Assembly: GCA_965232515.1 (NCBI GenBank)
Contig: CBDDPY010000002.1
Span: 3,136,001-3,200,000, forward strand
Source: Alphaproteobacteria bacterium
Lineage (GTDB): Bacteria; Pseudomonadota; Alphaproteobacteria; GCA-2731375
DNA length: 64,000 nucleotides
Direction: 5' to 3'
The notes beneath the pieces are model-generated. The model was not told the origin of the DNA. It saw only the letters and a list, made by a program, of their open reading frames with translations, and ran no database searches. Shown here piece after piece: positions 30,193 through 42,368 of the stretch (its first letter is position 1; every line of letters starts with the position of its first letter). The position numbers and the translations under genes were made by a program.

Positions 30193-31722
30193 CTAGCCGA
30201 GCCTGGCCAGGAACCGGGCGGCGCTGTCGCGGTAGGCGGTTTGCTTGTCGTCGGTCATGCGGTCCCAGCTGCGGTAGATCTGGGCGAGGCGGGGGTTGCC
30301 ACGCAGGCGGTCGGCGTTGCGGGCGAGGAAGTCCCAGTAGAGCGGGTTGAACGGACAGACGTCGTCGCCGGTCTTCTGCTTCACGTCGTAGCGGCAGGCG
30401 CGGCAATAGTCCGACATCTTGTTGATGTAGTTGCCGCTGGCGGCATAGGGCTTGGAGCCGAGCAGGCCGCCGTCGGCGAACTGGCTCATGCCGAGCGTGT
30501 TGGGCAGCTCGACCCATTCGTAGGCGTCGGCGTAGACGGCGAGATACCATTCATGGACCTGGGCCGGATCGACGCCGGCGAGCATGGCGAAATTGCCGGT
30601 GACCATCAGGCGCTGGATATGGTGGGCATAGGCCTCTTCTTTAGTCTGGGTAATCGCGGCCCGAAGACAGGCCATGTCGGTCTCGCCGGTCCAATAGAAC
30701 TCGGGCAGCGGCCGGTCGGCGGCAAAGAAATTCCGGTCGACGTACGCCGGCATCTTCAGCCAGTAGATGCCGCGCACGTATTCACGCCAGCCGATGATCT
30801 GGCGGATAAAGCCCTCGGCCGCATTCAAGGGCGCGGCGCCGTCGCGATAGGCGGCCTCGACCCGGCGGCACACGGCGAGCGGGTCCAACAGGCCGGCGTT
30901 GATGTAGAGCGACAGCACCGAGTGGTAGAGGAAGCGCTCGCCGGTCAGCATGGCGTCCTGGTAGTCGCCGAACGACGGCAGCGCCGTCTCGATGAAGTTG
31001 TCGAGCGCAGCCTCGGCCTGCCGGGCGGTGACGGCGAACCAGAACGGCGTCAGGTCGCCGAAATGATCGCCGAAGCGGTCGCCGACCAACGCCAGCACCT
31101 CTGACGTGACGGCGTCGGGTTCGACCTGCAGCGGCCGCGGCATCAGCAGGTCGGCCTTCGCCGGCTTGCGATTCTCGGCATCGAAGTTCCAGCGCCCGCC
31201 CTCGGGTTCGTCGCCGTTCATCAGCAGGCCCGACTTGCGCCGCATCTCGCGATAGAAGAACTCCATGCGCAACTGCTTGCGCCCGGCGGCCCAGTCGGCG
31301 AACTCGGCGCGCGAACAGAGAAACCGGTCGTCATCGAGAATGCCGACGGGCAGGCCGAGACGGGCCGGCCAGGTGTCCATGGCGGCGCGCACCCGCCATT
31401 CGCCGGGCTCGGTGACGACGACCCGCGCCGGGCCGAGCCGCCCGACCGCGCGTTCGACCTCGCCGGTGAACGATCCGGTGTTCCCGTCCGCGTCGAGCTT
31501 CACATAATCGACCGTCCAGCCGTCGTCGCGCAGCGCGGCCGCGAAATGGCGCATGGCGGCGAACAGGAAGGCGATCTTCTTCTTATGGTGCCGGATGTAG
31601 GTCGCTTCTTCCTGGACCTCGACCATCAGCACCCGGTCGCGCCGGCGGTCCGCCGACCGCAGCGACGACAGACCGGGCGACAATTGATCGCCCAGAACCA
31701 GAACCAGATTGCGAACCTGCAT
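30193..31722 (-). CDS. Cryptochrome/photolyase family, FeS-BCP (PhrB/CryB-like)
   Basis: LVLGDQL, HKKKI, HHIQRLM, WVELPN, KPYAASG; four Cys (MAC, YCRAC, CPFN) for an FeS cluster. Confidence 0.92.
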   Translation of the reverse strand: MQVRNLVLVLGDQLSPGLSSLRSADRRRDRVLMVEVQEEATYIRHHKKKIAFLFAAMRHFAAALRDDGWTVDYVKLDADGNTGSFTGEVERAVGRLGPARVVVTEPGEWRVRAAMDTWPARLGLPVGILDDDRFLCSRAEFADWAAGRKQLRMEFFYREMRRKSGLLMNGDEPEGGRWNFDAENRKPAKADLLMPRPLQVEPDAVTSEVLALVGDRFGDHFGDLTPFWFAVTARQAEAALDNFIETALPSFGDYQDAMLTGERFLYHSVLSLYINAGLLDPLAVCRRVEAAYRDGAAPLNAAEGFIRQIIGWREYVRGIYWLKMPAYVDRNFFAADRPLPEFYWTGETDMACLRAAITQTKEEAYAHHIQRLMVTGNFAMLAGVDPAQVHEWYLAVYADAYEWVELPNTLGMSQFADGGLLGSKPYAASGNYINKMSDYCRACRYDVKQKTGDDVCPFNPLYWDFLARNADRLRGNPRLAQIYRSWDRMTDDKQTAYRDSAARFLARLG

Positions 31723-31784
31723 CTATCGCGCCGCGCCGAATGTTCCTGCCACCCTTCTGTTTAGGGGCAAACCGGCGAATTGGA

Positions 31785-32693
31785 TCACCCGGCCGGGCGG
31801 TCCTTGATCGGCAGGATCGATTTCGCGCCCGGCGCGGTGCTGAGATGATGCTCGAGCCGGCGGCGCGCCAGTTTGAGATCGCCGGCCACGATGGCATCCA
31901 GGATCTGCAGATGCTCTTTCGAGGACTGCACGATCCGGCGCGGCCGGACGAAGCCGCGATACTGGGCGAGACGCCGCAGCTTGTTGTGCTGGGCGATCGC
32001 GCTCAACAGAAAGCGGTTGCCGGACCAGGCGACCAGCGTCTCGTGAAAGCGGGAGTTGCGCTCGAAGTTGCGCATTGAGCGGTCGGGATTCTCGGCGTCC
32101 TCGATCATGTGCTCCTGCTCGCGGCGGAGCTGGGCCAGCGTGCCGGGATCGACGGCATAGCCCGGCTCGTCGAAGGCGGCCGGCTCGATACGCATGCGGA
32201 AGCGATAGCTGGCCTGGCTTTCCTCCGGTGTCCGGATGATGTGCGTCATCAGCCAGCCCTTGCCCTCGCGCGGCGCGACCAGCCCCTCGCGCATCATGCG
32301 CTGCAACACCCGCAGGATCAGACGGCGGGAGGCGCCGTAGCGCTCCATCAGCGCGGTTTCCGTCATCATGGTCGGCAGGGTGTCGTCGATCCGGTCGTTG
32401 GCCATGCGCCAGTAGATATGGTCTTCGCGCGATTGCAGATCGCCGTCGTCGATTGCCGCCAGCGCGCCGTCGTGGACGGTGAGGAAGAAGCCGCGCTTTT
32501 CCTCGAGACGGACCACGCCTTGCGTTTCGAGAAGCTGCAAGGCGCGCTGCACGGGCGTCCGCGACACGCCGAAGCGCTCGGCAAGCGGCCCGGCCGACAG
32601 GTGCGTGTCCGGTAACAGGCCTTCGCGCCGCGCGTGCTCGACGATCTGTTGGGCGAGGCGATGGTGCAGCGCCGTGAATTCCGATGCCGACAT
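31785..32693 (-). CDS. GntR family regulator with two HTH domains and FCD
   Basis: FGVSRTPVQRAL and YGASRRLILRVL helices, then NSRFHE FCD motif. Confidence 0.88.
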   Translation of the reverse strand: MSASEFTALHHRLAQQIVEHARREGLLPDTHLSAGPLAERFGVSRTPVQRALQLLETQGVVRLEEKRGFFLTVHDGALAAIDDGDLQSREDHIYWRMANDRIDDTLPTMMTETALMERYGASRRLILRVLQRMMREGLVAPREGKGWLMTHIIRTPEESQASYRFRMRIEPAAFDEPGYAVDPGTLAQLRREQEHMIEDAENPDRSMRNFERNSRFHETLVAWSGNRFLLSAIAQHNKLRRLAQYRGFVRPRRIVQSSKEHLQILDAIVAGDLKLARRRLEHHLSTAPGAKSILPIKDRPAG

Positions 32694-32866
32694 GGGTTCC
32701 TTTCCGCGACCCGGCCACGGATAGGCCAAGCGGCGCGAAAGCGCAAATCACCGGTCCGTTGGCGGACGCCGGGCATTCCCGCCGCTCGACGAAGGATTTC
32801 ACTTTTTCGCAAGCCAGTGCAATTGTTTGATTGACTCAAATCGCTAACAAAATCAATCTTAGGCCT

Positions 32867-34042
32867 ATGCAATCAGACGACGTGACCCCATTTCCGCTGA
32901 TCGACATCGAGGGACCGCCGCGCGAGCGGGGCCTGAGCTATGGCCGGCAGGCCGCCGAGCGGATCCACCGCAGCGAGGCGATCTACGTCCGCGCCATGGC
33001 CGCGCGCGGCTTCGCCTGGGACGAGGTAAAGCGACTGGCGCGTGAGTTCGCGCCCGCCATCGGCACGCTGGATGTGCGGTTCAAGGTCGAAATGGAAGGC
33101 ATCGCCGAGGGCGCGAAGGCCGATCTGGAAACAATCATCGTGGTCAATGCCCGCTCGGAGATCTTCAACGGCCGCACGCCGGCGGGGCGCAAGGCCGCGC
33201 AGGCCGCACAGGCGGCGATGCCGGCCGAGGGCTGCACCAGCGCGTTGGCGCTGGGACGGGCGACCGCGTCCGGGAAGCTGATCCACGGCCAGAACTGGGA
33301 CTTCAACGCCGACTGCGTGCATTCGGCCATCGTGCTGCGCATCCGGCCGGAGGAAGGACCAACGATCCTGACCTTCGTCGAGGCCGGCGGCCTGGCGCGA
33401 TCGGGCTTCAACAGCGCCGGCATTTCGGTGACCGCGAACAACCTGGAATGCGATCGGGATTTCGACCGCAGCGGCGTGCCGCTGTCGCTGATCCGCCGCC
33501 GGATCCTGGAGGCGCCGACGCTGGCCGAGGCGATCGGCGCGGTGACGACGGCCGAACGCGCCGTCTCCAACAACATGACCTTGGCGCATACGCCGGGCGA
33601 CGAGGCGATCAACCTGGAAACCACGCCGGGCGAGGTCTTTCCGCTCTGGCCAGGCGACGACGGTCTGTTCGCGCACGCCAACCATTTCCAAAGCCCCGTA
33701 GCGCAGGTCAAGGTACGGGACCGGGTGATGGACGATCCCACGCCGGGCACCTATTACCGGGACCGGCGCGTCATGGGTCATCTGAAGCCGCGCGCCGGCG
33801 CGCTGACAGTCGCCGACTTCAAGACCGCGTTCGCCGACGATTTCGGCAGGCCCTATGCCGTCCGCCGGCCGCCGACGGCCGGGCGAAGCGGCCACGTCTC
33901 GAGCACGGTCGCCACCGTGATCTTCGATCCGGCCGCGGGCGAGATGCACGCCCGGCCGGCGCCCTACCGCGACGACACCGCGTATGCCGTTTACCGGCTC
34001 GATGCCGGCGCGGCCCGGCATTCCACCGAGGCGGCGGAGTGA
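32867..34042 (+). CDS. C45 family peptidase (acyl-CoA:6-APA acyltransferase-like Ntn hydrolase)
   Basis: RERGLSYG, NARSE, EG|CTS autocleavage site, GQNWD, HANHF. Confidence 0.88.
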   Translation: MQSDDVTPFPLIDIEGPPRERGLSYGRQAAERIHRSEAIYVRAMAARGFAWDEVKRLAREFAPAIGTLDVRFKVEMEGIAEGAKADLETIIVVNARSEIFNGRTPAGRKAAQAAQAAMPAEGCTSALALGRATASGKLIHGQNWDFNADCVHSAIVLRIRPEEGPTILTFVEAGGLARSGFNSAGISVTANNLECDRDFDRSGVPLSLIRRRILEAPTLAEAIGAVTTAERAVSNNMTLAHTPGDEAINLETTPGEVFPLWPGDDGLFAHANHFQSPVAQVKVRDRVMDDPTPGTYYRDRRVMGHLKPRAGALTVADFKTAFADDFGRPYAVRRPPTAGRSGHVSSTVATVIFDPAAGEMHARPAPYRDDTAYAVYRLDAGAARHSTEAAE

Positions 34043-34091
34043 CAGCGACAAGAAACCGAGGGCACCTCAAACGACCAGCAGGGAGAAACAA

Positions 34092-35633
34092 ATGCAAAGC
34101 GCGAGGAGATTTCTCGGCGCGGCCGCGATCGGCCTGGCCGCGCTCATGCCCGCGGCCGCCATGGCCGCCGGCGGCACCTTACGGATCGCGACGCAGAGCG
34201 ATATCCGCAGCACCAATCCCGGCGTCGACCGCTCGGGCTTCACCGATGCCCTGCATCTGAACATCGTCGAGGGACTGGTCGGCTACAAGGACGACCTCAG
34301 CGTCGGGCCGGTGTTGGCCGAGAGCATGGACGTCTCGGACGACGGCCTGACCTACACCTTCAAGCTGCGCGGCGGCGTCAAGTTTCATAACGGCGACACA
34401 CTGACATCGACGCACGTCAAGGCGTCCTGGGACCGCTACATGGACGCCGGCACGAAGTGGCGCTGCCGCACCCGTTTCAACGGCGAGGACGGCGTCAACG
34501 TGACGGCGGTCGAGACGCCCGACGACCTGACCGTGGTCTATCGCATCGACCGGCCGTCGCCGCTCTTCCTGAAGGACATGGCGCGCTTCGACTGCGGCGC
34601 GACCGGGGTCGTGCACATGGAAAGCCTGAAGGCGGACGGGTCCTGGGACAAGCCGATCGGCACCGGCCCATTCGTGTTCGTCGAATGGCAGCCGGGCCAG
34701 CGCATCGTCCTGGAAAAGTTCGCCGACTACACGCTGGCCGCCGGTCCGATGGACGGCTATACCGGCAAGCGCGAGGTCTTCGTCGACCGCCTGGTCTTCA
34801 ACGTCGTGCCAGACGCGGCCTCGGGCAAGGCGGCGATGCGCGCCGGCGAAATCGACTTCATGTCGATCTCGACCAGCGACGTGCAGGAGATGCGCGAAGC
34901 CGGCTTCGAGGTCGTGGTGCAGCAGACACCGGCCTGGGGCAGCTTCCTGATCTCGCGGCACGACGCGTTCATGAACAACCGACCGCTGCGCCAGGCCCTG
35001 GCGGCGGCGCTCGACGTCGACGAGCTGGCGTCGTTGATGGGGTACGACTCCCACAACGCCTCGCCGATCCCGCCGATGTCGCAGTACTACACCAAGACCC
35101 AGCGGATGACCTATGGCCACGATCCAGCCCGCGCCAAGGCGCTCTTGAAGGAGGCGGGTTATAACGGCGAGCCGATCAAGCTGATCACCAGCCGCCGGTC
35201 GCCGACGATCTTCAACCAGGCCGTGGTCGCGCAGTCCATGTGGCAGGCGGTTGGTCTGAACGTCGAGATCGAGGTGCTGGACTGGGGCGCGCAGCTCGAC
35301 CTCTACCGCTCGGGCGAATACCAGATCCAGTCCTTCGGCTTCTCGCCGCGCCTCGACCCGGCGTTATCCTGGGACATGTTCTCGGGCACGCAGACCCGCA
35401 AGGTATGGGCCGATGAGGCGGCGCTGGCTAAGATCGGCGAGCTGATGAACGAGACGGACACGGCCAGGCGCGCGGCGATCAGCGATGCCTTGCACGAAAT
35501 GTTCCTGGAACAGGTGCCGGCGATCGGGCTCTACAGCCAGCCGCAGTCGACGGCATTGTCGAGCCGGGTGCGGGGCTTCAAGGCCTGGCCGGGCGGACGG
35601 ACGCGGTTCTGGGGCATCTCGCTCGGCGAGTAA
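34092..35633 (+). CDS. ABC transporter substrate-binding protein, family 5 (DppA-like)
   Basis: Signal peptide, YTFKLRGGVKFHNG, IGTGPF. Confidence 0.92.
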   Translation: MQSARRFLGAAAIGLAALMPAAAMAAGGTLRIATQSDIRSTNPGVDRSGFTDALHLNIVEGLVGYKDDLSVGPVLAESMDVSDDGLTYTFKLRGGVKFHNGDTLTSTHVKASWDRYMDAGTKWRCRTRFNGEDGVNVTAVETPDDLTVVYRIDRPSPLFLKDMARFDCGATGVVHMESLKADGSWDKPIGTGPFVFVEWQPGQRIVLEKFADYTLAAGPMDGYTGKREVFVDRLVFNVVPDAASGKAAMRAGEIDFMSISTSDVQEMREAGFEVVVQQTPAWGSFLISRHDAFMNNRPLRQALAAALDVDELASLMGYDSHNASPIPPMSQYYTKTQRMTYGHDPARAKALLKEAGYNGEPIKLITSRRSPTIFNQAVVAQSMWQAVGLNVEIEVLDWGAQLDLYRSGEYQIQSFGFSPRLDPALSWDMFSGTQTRKVWADEAALAKIGELMNETDTARRAAISDALHEMFLEQVPAIGLYSQPQSTALSSRVRGFKAWPGGRTRFWGISLGE

Positions 35634-35701
35634 CGCGCGTCCGGCAAAGGGGCGGCGTCGGCGCCGCCGCCCGCGCCGGCCGAGCGTAAGGATCCGCGCG
35701 C

Positions 35702-36643
35702 ATGTGGCAATACGCCATCCGGCGTCTGCTGATGACGATCCCGACACTGTTGCTGGTGTCGGTGATCGTGTTCCTGCTGATCCGGCTGATCCCTGGCGAT
35801 CCGGCCGCGATCATGCTGAACGACCTGGACAGCGACATCGCGCTCGAGGACATGCGGCGCGAGCTGGGCCTGGACAAGCCGATTCCGATCCAGTTCATGA
35901 TCTGGCTCGGCAACATGCTGAGCGGCGATCTCGGCGTCTCGATCAATACCGGCGAGCCGGTGCTGCAGGCGATCGCCAGCCGCTTCGAGGTGACCGCGAC
36001 GGTGACGGGACTGGCGATCCTGGCCGCGGTGCTGTTCGCGGTGCCCGCCGGCATCGTCGCAGCCTGGCGACAGAACAGCCTGACGGACTATTCGATCGTC
36101 TTCGTCAGCATCCTGTTCCTGTCGCTGCCGAGCTTCTGGCTCGGCCTGATGATGATCTACCTGTTCGCGATCACGCTCGGCTGGCTGCCGTCGATCGGCT
36201 ATGTCTCGGTGATCGAGGATCTCACCGGCGGCATCGTCTATCTGATCATGCCGGTGGCAACACTGGCGCTGGTCGAGATGGCGATGATCGCGCGCATGCT
36301 GCGCTCGCAGACGCTGGAGGTGTTGCGGCTAGAATACATCACGCACGCCCGCGCCAAGGGCCTGTCTGAAGGCGTGGTGCTGGCGCGACACGTATTCAAG
36401 AACGCCTTCGGGCCGGCGCTGACCGTGATCGGGCTGATCCTGGGCGGCCTGCTGGGCGGCGCCTCGGTGACCGAGACCGTGTTCAGCCTGCCGGGTGTCG
36501 GACGGCTGCTGGTCGACGCCATTTACGCCCGCGACTATCCGGTGCTGCAGGGCTGCCTGCTGTTCATCGCCTTCATCTACGTGATGGTGAACCTGGTGGT
36601 CGACCTGCTGTACATGGTGTTCGATCCGCGGGTCAGGATCTGA
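35702..36643 (+). CDS. ABC transporter permease (DppB-like)
   Basis: PGDPA, GLDKP, YITHARAKGL, ETVFSLPG.GRL, DPRV. Confidence 0.93.
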   Translation: MWQYAIRRLLMTIPTLLLVSVIVFLLIRLIPGDPAAIMLNDLDSDIALEDMRRELGLDKPIPIQFMIWLGNMLSGDLGVSINTGEPVLQAIASRFEVTATVTGLAILAAVLFAVPAGIVAAWRQNSLTDYSIVFVSILFLSLPSFWLGLMMIYLFAITLGWLPSIGYVSVIEDLTGGIVYLIMPVATLALVEMAMIARMLRSQTLEVLRLEYITHARAKGLSEGVVLARHVFKNAFGPALTVIGLILGGLLGGASVTETVFSLPGVGRLLVDAIYARDYPVLQGCLLFIAFIYVMVNLVVDLLYMVFDPRVRI

Positions 36644-36648
36644 CGCGC

Positions 36649-37541
36649 ATGGCCGTCAACGACAAACTCGGCTCCGCGCCCGCGATCGCAGACCGGCCGC
36701 CCGCGCGCCGACCCTGGTTCCTGCGCCGGGCCAACGGCATCGTCGGGTCGGCGCTGTTGTTCCTGGTCATCGGGGCGGCGCTGACCGGCTTCGTCTGGAC
36801 GCCCTACGATCCGGTCGCGCCCGACTTCCGCGACCGCTTCGCGCCGCCGAGCGCGGCGCACTGGATGGGCACCGACGAATGGGGCCGCGACATGCTGTCG
36901 CGCATCATCGCCGGCGCCCGGACGTCGGTGGTCGTGGCCTTGTCGACGGTGGCTCTGGCGGTAACGTTCGGCACGCTGATCGGCGGCCTGTCGGGCTTCT
37001 TCGGCCGCTGGCTGGATCGCGGCGTGATGATGCTGACGGACGCCCTGCTGGCGTTTCCGGGCCTGCTGCTGGCGTTGTCGATCATGGCCATCGCCGGGCC
37101 CAGCGAGTGGGGCGTGATCGTCGCGCTGGCGCTGGCCTATATGCCGTCGGTCATCCGGTTGGTGCGCGGCACGGTGCTGTCGGTGCGCGAGAAGGAATAT
37201 GTCGAGGCCAGCCGCGCCATCGGCAACGGGCCGCTGTTCACGCTGTTCCGCCACGTGCTGCCGAACTGCACGGCGCCGCTGATTGTCATGGGCACGGCGC
37301 TGTTCGGCTCGGCCCTGCTGGCCGAAAGCGCGCTGTCGTTCCTGGGGCTCGGCGTGCCGCCGCCGGCGCCGACCTGGGGCAACATGCTGTCGGAGGCGCG
37401 CGGCTATTTCGTGCAGGCGCCGTGGCTGGCGATCTTTCCCGGCACCTGCATCTCGCTGGCGCTGCTGGGCGTCAACATCTTCGGCGACGCGCTGCGCGAC
37501 CGGCTCGATCCGCGCATGCGCGGCCTGACGGGTCCCGCCTG

Positions 37542-37542
<1 letters not shown>
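36649..37542 (+). CDS. ABC transporter permease (DppC-like)
   Basis: HWMGTDEWGRD, EYVEASRAIG, HVLPN, LSFLGLG, GDALRD. Confidence 0.93.
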
Positions 37543-39304
<1,762 letters not shown>

Positions 39305-39308
<4 letters not shown>

Positions 39309-40183
39309 TCCGCCTGCCGCACTGCCCGCATGGCCTGCGCGGCGAATGCGGCCGGTTCGCGGTAGGGGCCGTCGTGATTGACGTCCGACAGGACGGTAAG
39401 CGCGGCGTTGGGCAATGCGGACACCAGCTTCTCGGCAATGAGTTTGTAGCGCGCATGGGTGCGCGCGCCGTGGACGGCCAGAACCGGCGTCTCGATGGTG
39501 GCGAGATCGGCATCCGCCAGCGCGGGCGGCGACGGGAGTTGGAGGAACGGCGCCAGCGTGCGGGCGTTGTCGCGTACCAGAGCCTGCATCGCCTCGGGTT
39601 CGCGTTCGGCGCCGCCGGGCGGCAGGGAGAACACGGCTTCGAGGAAACGAAGGCCGGCGTCCTCGACGCGCCCGGCCTGCAGCGCCGCGAGCGCCGGCGC
39701 CAGCGTCGCCGCGAAGTCGGCCTGCGCGTCGGGCCCACCGTCGATCCCGGTCAGCAGCGCGCCGAGCGACGGCTCGTAGTGCACCGCGGACCGAAACAGG
39801 TCGGGCCGGCGCTGCATGGCGTATAGACCGACTTCGCCGCCATACGACCAGGTCACGAGATGGACCGGGCCGGCGTCGAGCGCTTGGATGAACGCGATGA
39901 GATCGGCGATATGGGTTTCGCGCGAGAAATGCGAGGCGGCGTCCGGCCAGGCATCGGCACCGAAATAGCGCTGCGTCAGCGCGATAAACCGGTTGTCGAC
40001 GGCGAGCGTCGCGCCCAGCGCCTGCCAGATCCGCAGATCCGAGAGCGCGCCATGCACGGCGACGATGGGCGCGCCCGCGCCCTGGTCAACATAGGCGAGC
40101 CGGGCGCCATTGACGGTCAGGTAACGCACGCCAACGTGAGCCGGCATCGCGACCGCCTTCGCTCGGGCGGCGGGATCAGTCAT
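39305..40183 (-). CDS. Alpha/beta fold hydrolase
   Basis: VHGALSD, WSYGG nucleophile elbow, C-terminal His. Confidence 0.85.
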
Positions 40184-40949
40184 TCGCCGCCTCCCGGCAG
40201 GTCAGTTTCGCGGCGCGCGGCGCCGGCCGGGGAAACGGCAGGAAGGCGGGGACGCGCCTGCGGTAGTCGCGGTACCGGTCGCCCAGCGCCGCGATCAGGT
40301 CGGCTTCCTCGAACGGTGTCGCGATCATGACGTAGACGAAGGTCGCGGTGGCGAAGACAATGTGACCGACCGTCAGTTCCGGCGTCAGCCAGGGCGCCAG
40401 CATCCAGCCGAGGCTGATGGGATGCCGGATCAGCGCGTAGATGTAGCGCACGGTCATCGACGCGTCGCGCCGCGGCGACTGGCGGAAGTGCGCCCAGGCC
40501 TGAGCGAGGCCAAAGAAGCTGAAATGGCCGAAGTGGAATGTCGCCGCTGACATCATCAGCCAGACGGCGAGGTAGCCGGCATAGATCACGGCGACCAACG
40601 GGGCCTTCTCGACCTGCCAAACGACGATTGGAATGGGTTGCCAAAAGGTCACCAGCACAACGGTCATGCCGGCGGTGATGAAGAGGTAGGTCGCGCGCTC
40701 GATGGGCGGCGGGACGATCCGCGTCCACCAGCGTTTGAACGACGTGCGCGCGGCCAGCGAGTGCACGAGGCCGAACAGGCCGACGAGGCCTACATCGATC
40801 AGGATGGCCAACCAGAGCGCCGCCGGCTCGCCGTCGCCGATGCCCTTGGGCACGCCGATATCGGCGAGGAAGCCGGCGATGTAGAGGATGTTGGCCGCGC
40901 CGACGGTATAGGCCGCCAGCGCATAGGCCAGGAACAGGGTCGGTTTCAT
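40176..40949 (-). CDS. mddA: MddA-like membrane methyltransferase (methanethiol S-methyltransferase / ICMT family)
   Basis: FGLVHSLAAR..FKRWWT, IERATY, YALIRHP, FEEADL, YRDYRRRVP. Confidence 0.78.
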   Translation of the reverse strand: MKPTLFLAYALAAYTVGAANILYIAGFLADIGVPKGIGDGEPAALWLAILIDVGLVGLFGLVHSLAARTSFKRWWTRIVPPPIERATYLFITAGMTVVLVTFWQPIPIVVWQVEKAPLVAVIYAGYLAVWLMMSAATFHFGHFSFFGLAQAWAHFRQSPRRDASMTVRYIYALIRHPISLGWMLAPWLTPELTVGHIVFATATFVYVMIATPFEEADLIAALGDRYRDYRRRVPAFLPFPRPAPRAAKLTCREAAND

Positions 40950-41017
40950 TGTCTTGGGACCCGTCGATCCGTTGAAACTGTCGTCGACCTAACTAGGCGG
41001 GATCGCCGGACGCCGCT

Positions 41018-41056
41018 TGAGAAACGGATGAGAATGCCCTGAGAAAGGGATGAGAA
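41018..41056 (-). promoter_or_regulatory. Four phased TGAGAA direct repeats (11-bp period), winged-helix binding array
   Basis: TGAGAA starts at 41018, 41029, 41040 and 41051, upstream of the mddA-like gene. Confidence 0.75.
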
Positions 41057-41067
41057 ATGCGGTTGGG

Positions 41068-42219
41068 TTACTGTTTCGTCCAGCCGGCGAAGCGGTAGCC
41101 GTGGCCGATCACGGTCTCGATGGAGGGCGCATAGGGCCCAAGCTTTCGGCGCAGACCGCGGATCAGCGAGTCGATGCGGTTGGAGCCCTCGAACGGCTGC
41201 TTCCAGACCTTTTCCAGCAGCTGGTCGCGCGTCACGACCTGGTTCTCGGCCGCGGTCAGTTCGGCCAGAACCGCGAACTGCAGGGGCGTAAGATCGATGC
41301 GCTCGCCCTCGGCGATCAGGCAACGGTTGTCGCGGTCGAGGCGGCAGGCATCCGTGACCGCTTCTGGCGCATCGGCAACGTCCGTGTCCAGCCCGCGCAG
41401 GAAACGATTGGCCATGCGGGCGATCTCGTCGCCGTCGACCCAGGCCGGATGGGTTCGTCCCTCAAGCGTGACGAGGCGGGCGCCCTCGATGCCGGCGGCG
41501 AGCGTGCGGGCCGACTCGTAGGGAATGGCCCGGTCGCCGCGGCGGTGCAGGATCAACGTCTCGGCCGCGACCTGCCCAAGGACATCGCGGGCATCCATGG
41601 CGTAGGTCAGCTCGAGCAGCTGGACGGCGACGTCGACCGAGGCCGCGTCGCGCTGATAGCGCGCGAAGATATCGATGAGCTCGCGGCTGGCGTCGGGCAG
41701 GAACACGTCGGCCATGGCCCGGGAGCCGAGACCCCAATGGGCCTTGACCGTGGCGAGGATCGCGTTCTGCACTTCCGCCGCGCAGATCGCCCGGCCCTCG
41801 GCATAGGCGCCGTAGAGGCAGATGCGATCGACGCGGTCGGGATGGCGAGCGGCGTGCGTCAGCGCGACCGGCGCGCCGCAGGACATGGCGAAGAAGCCGT
41901 AGGTGGGGACGCCAAGCTCGGCCACGAGATCGTCGAGCAGCTCGACCTCGTCGGCCTGGCTGCGGGCGGACACCTCGCGGTCGCTCAAGCCGACGCCGGG
42001 CCGGTCGTAGCGGACCAGCGTCAGCCCTTCGCCGAGACGGCTGAAGAAGGATCGGAACGCGTCGTGGGTCCAGTCCTGCTCGACATGGCTGACCCACCAG
42101 GCGGGGCAGATGACCAATGGCCCTGCCCCATGCCGGGCATAGGCGACGTTATGACCCCGGCGGTCGCGGAAGAAGCGGATTTCGGGCGCTGGCACGTTTC
42201 CCTCCGGCGCTGACGGCAT
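41068..42219 (-). CDS. Alpha/beta hydrolase fused to C-terminal OmpR-type winged-helix DNA-binding domain
   Basis: RYDRPGVGLSD, AMSCG, LHRRGD; C-terminal LTPLQF...VTRDQLLEKVW...LRRKL...IETVIGHGYRF. Confidence 0.88.
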   Translation of the reverse strand: MPSAPEGNVPAPEIRFFRDRRGHNVAYARHGAGPLVICPAWWVSHVEQDWTHDAFRSFFSRLGEGLTLVRYDRPGVGLSDREVSARSQADEVELLDDLVAELGVPTYGFFAMSCGAPVALTHAARHPDRVDRICLYGAYAEGRAICAAEVQNAILATVKAHWGLGSRAMADVFLPDASRELIDIFARYQRDAASVDVAVQLLELTYAMDARDVLGQVAAETLILHRRGDRAIPYESARTLAAGIEGARLVTLEGRTHPAWVDGDEIARMANRFLRGLDTDVADAPEAVTDACRLDRDNRCLIAEGERIDLTPLQFAVLAELTAAENQVVTRDQLLEKVWKQPFEGSNRIDSLIRGLRRKLGPYAPSIETVIGHGYRFAGWTKQ

Positions 42220-42368
42220 CCCACTCCTTCTGCCTGTTGTTCCCCGAGCTAGAACATGCCCGAAATGACATCTGACGAAAAGTGCGTATCGTCACCCGAA
42301 GCCGGCTAGCCCGCGGGATCGCGAGACGACCACGCGCGCGCGATCGTCTCGCGTTACAGCCGTCGGCG

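Noticed and set aside
29891-30550. 219-aa minus-strand ORF
   Set aside because: Mostly overlaps the photolyase in another frame; only the last 61 codons are intergenic and they lack supporting motifs
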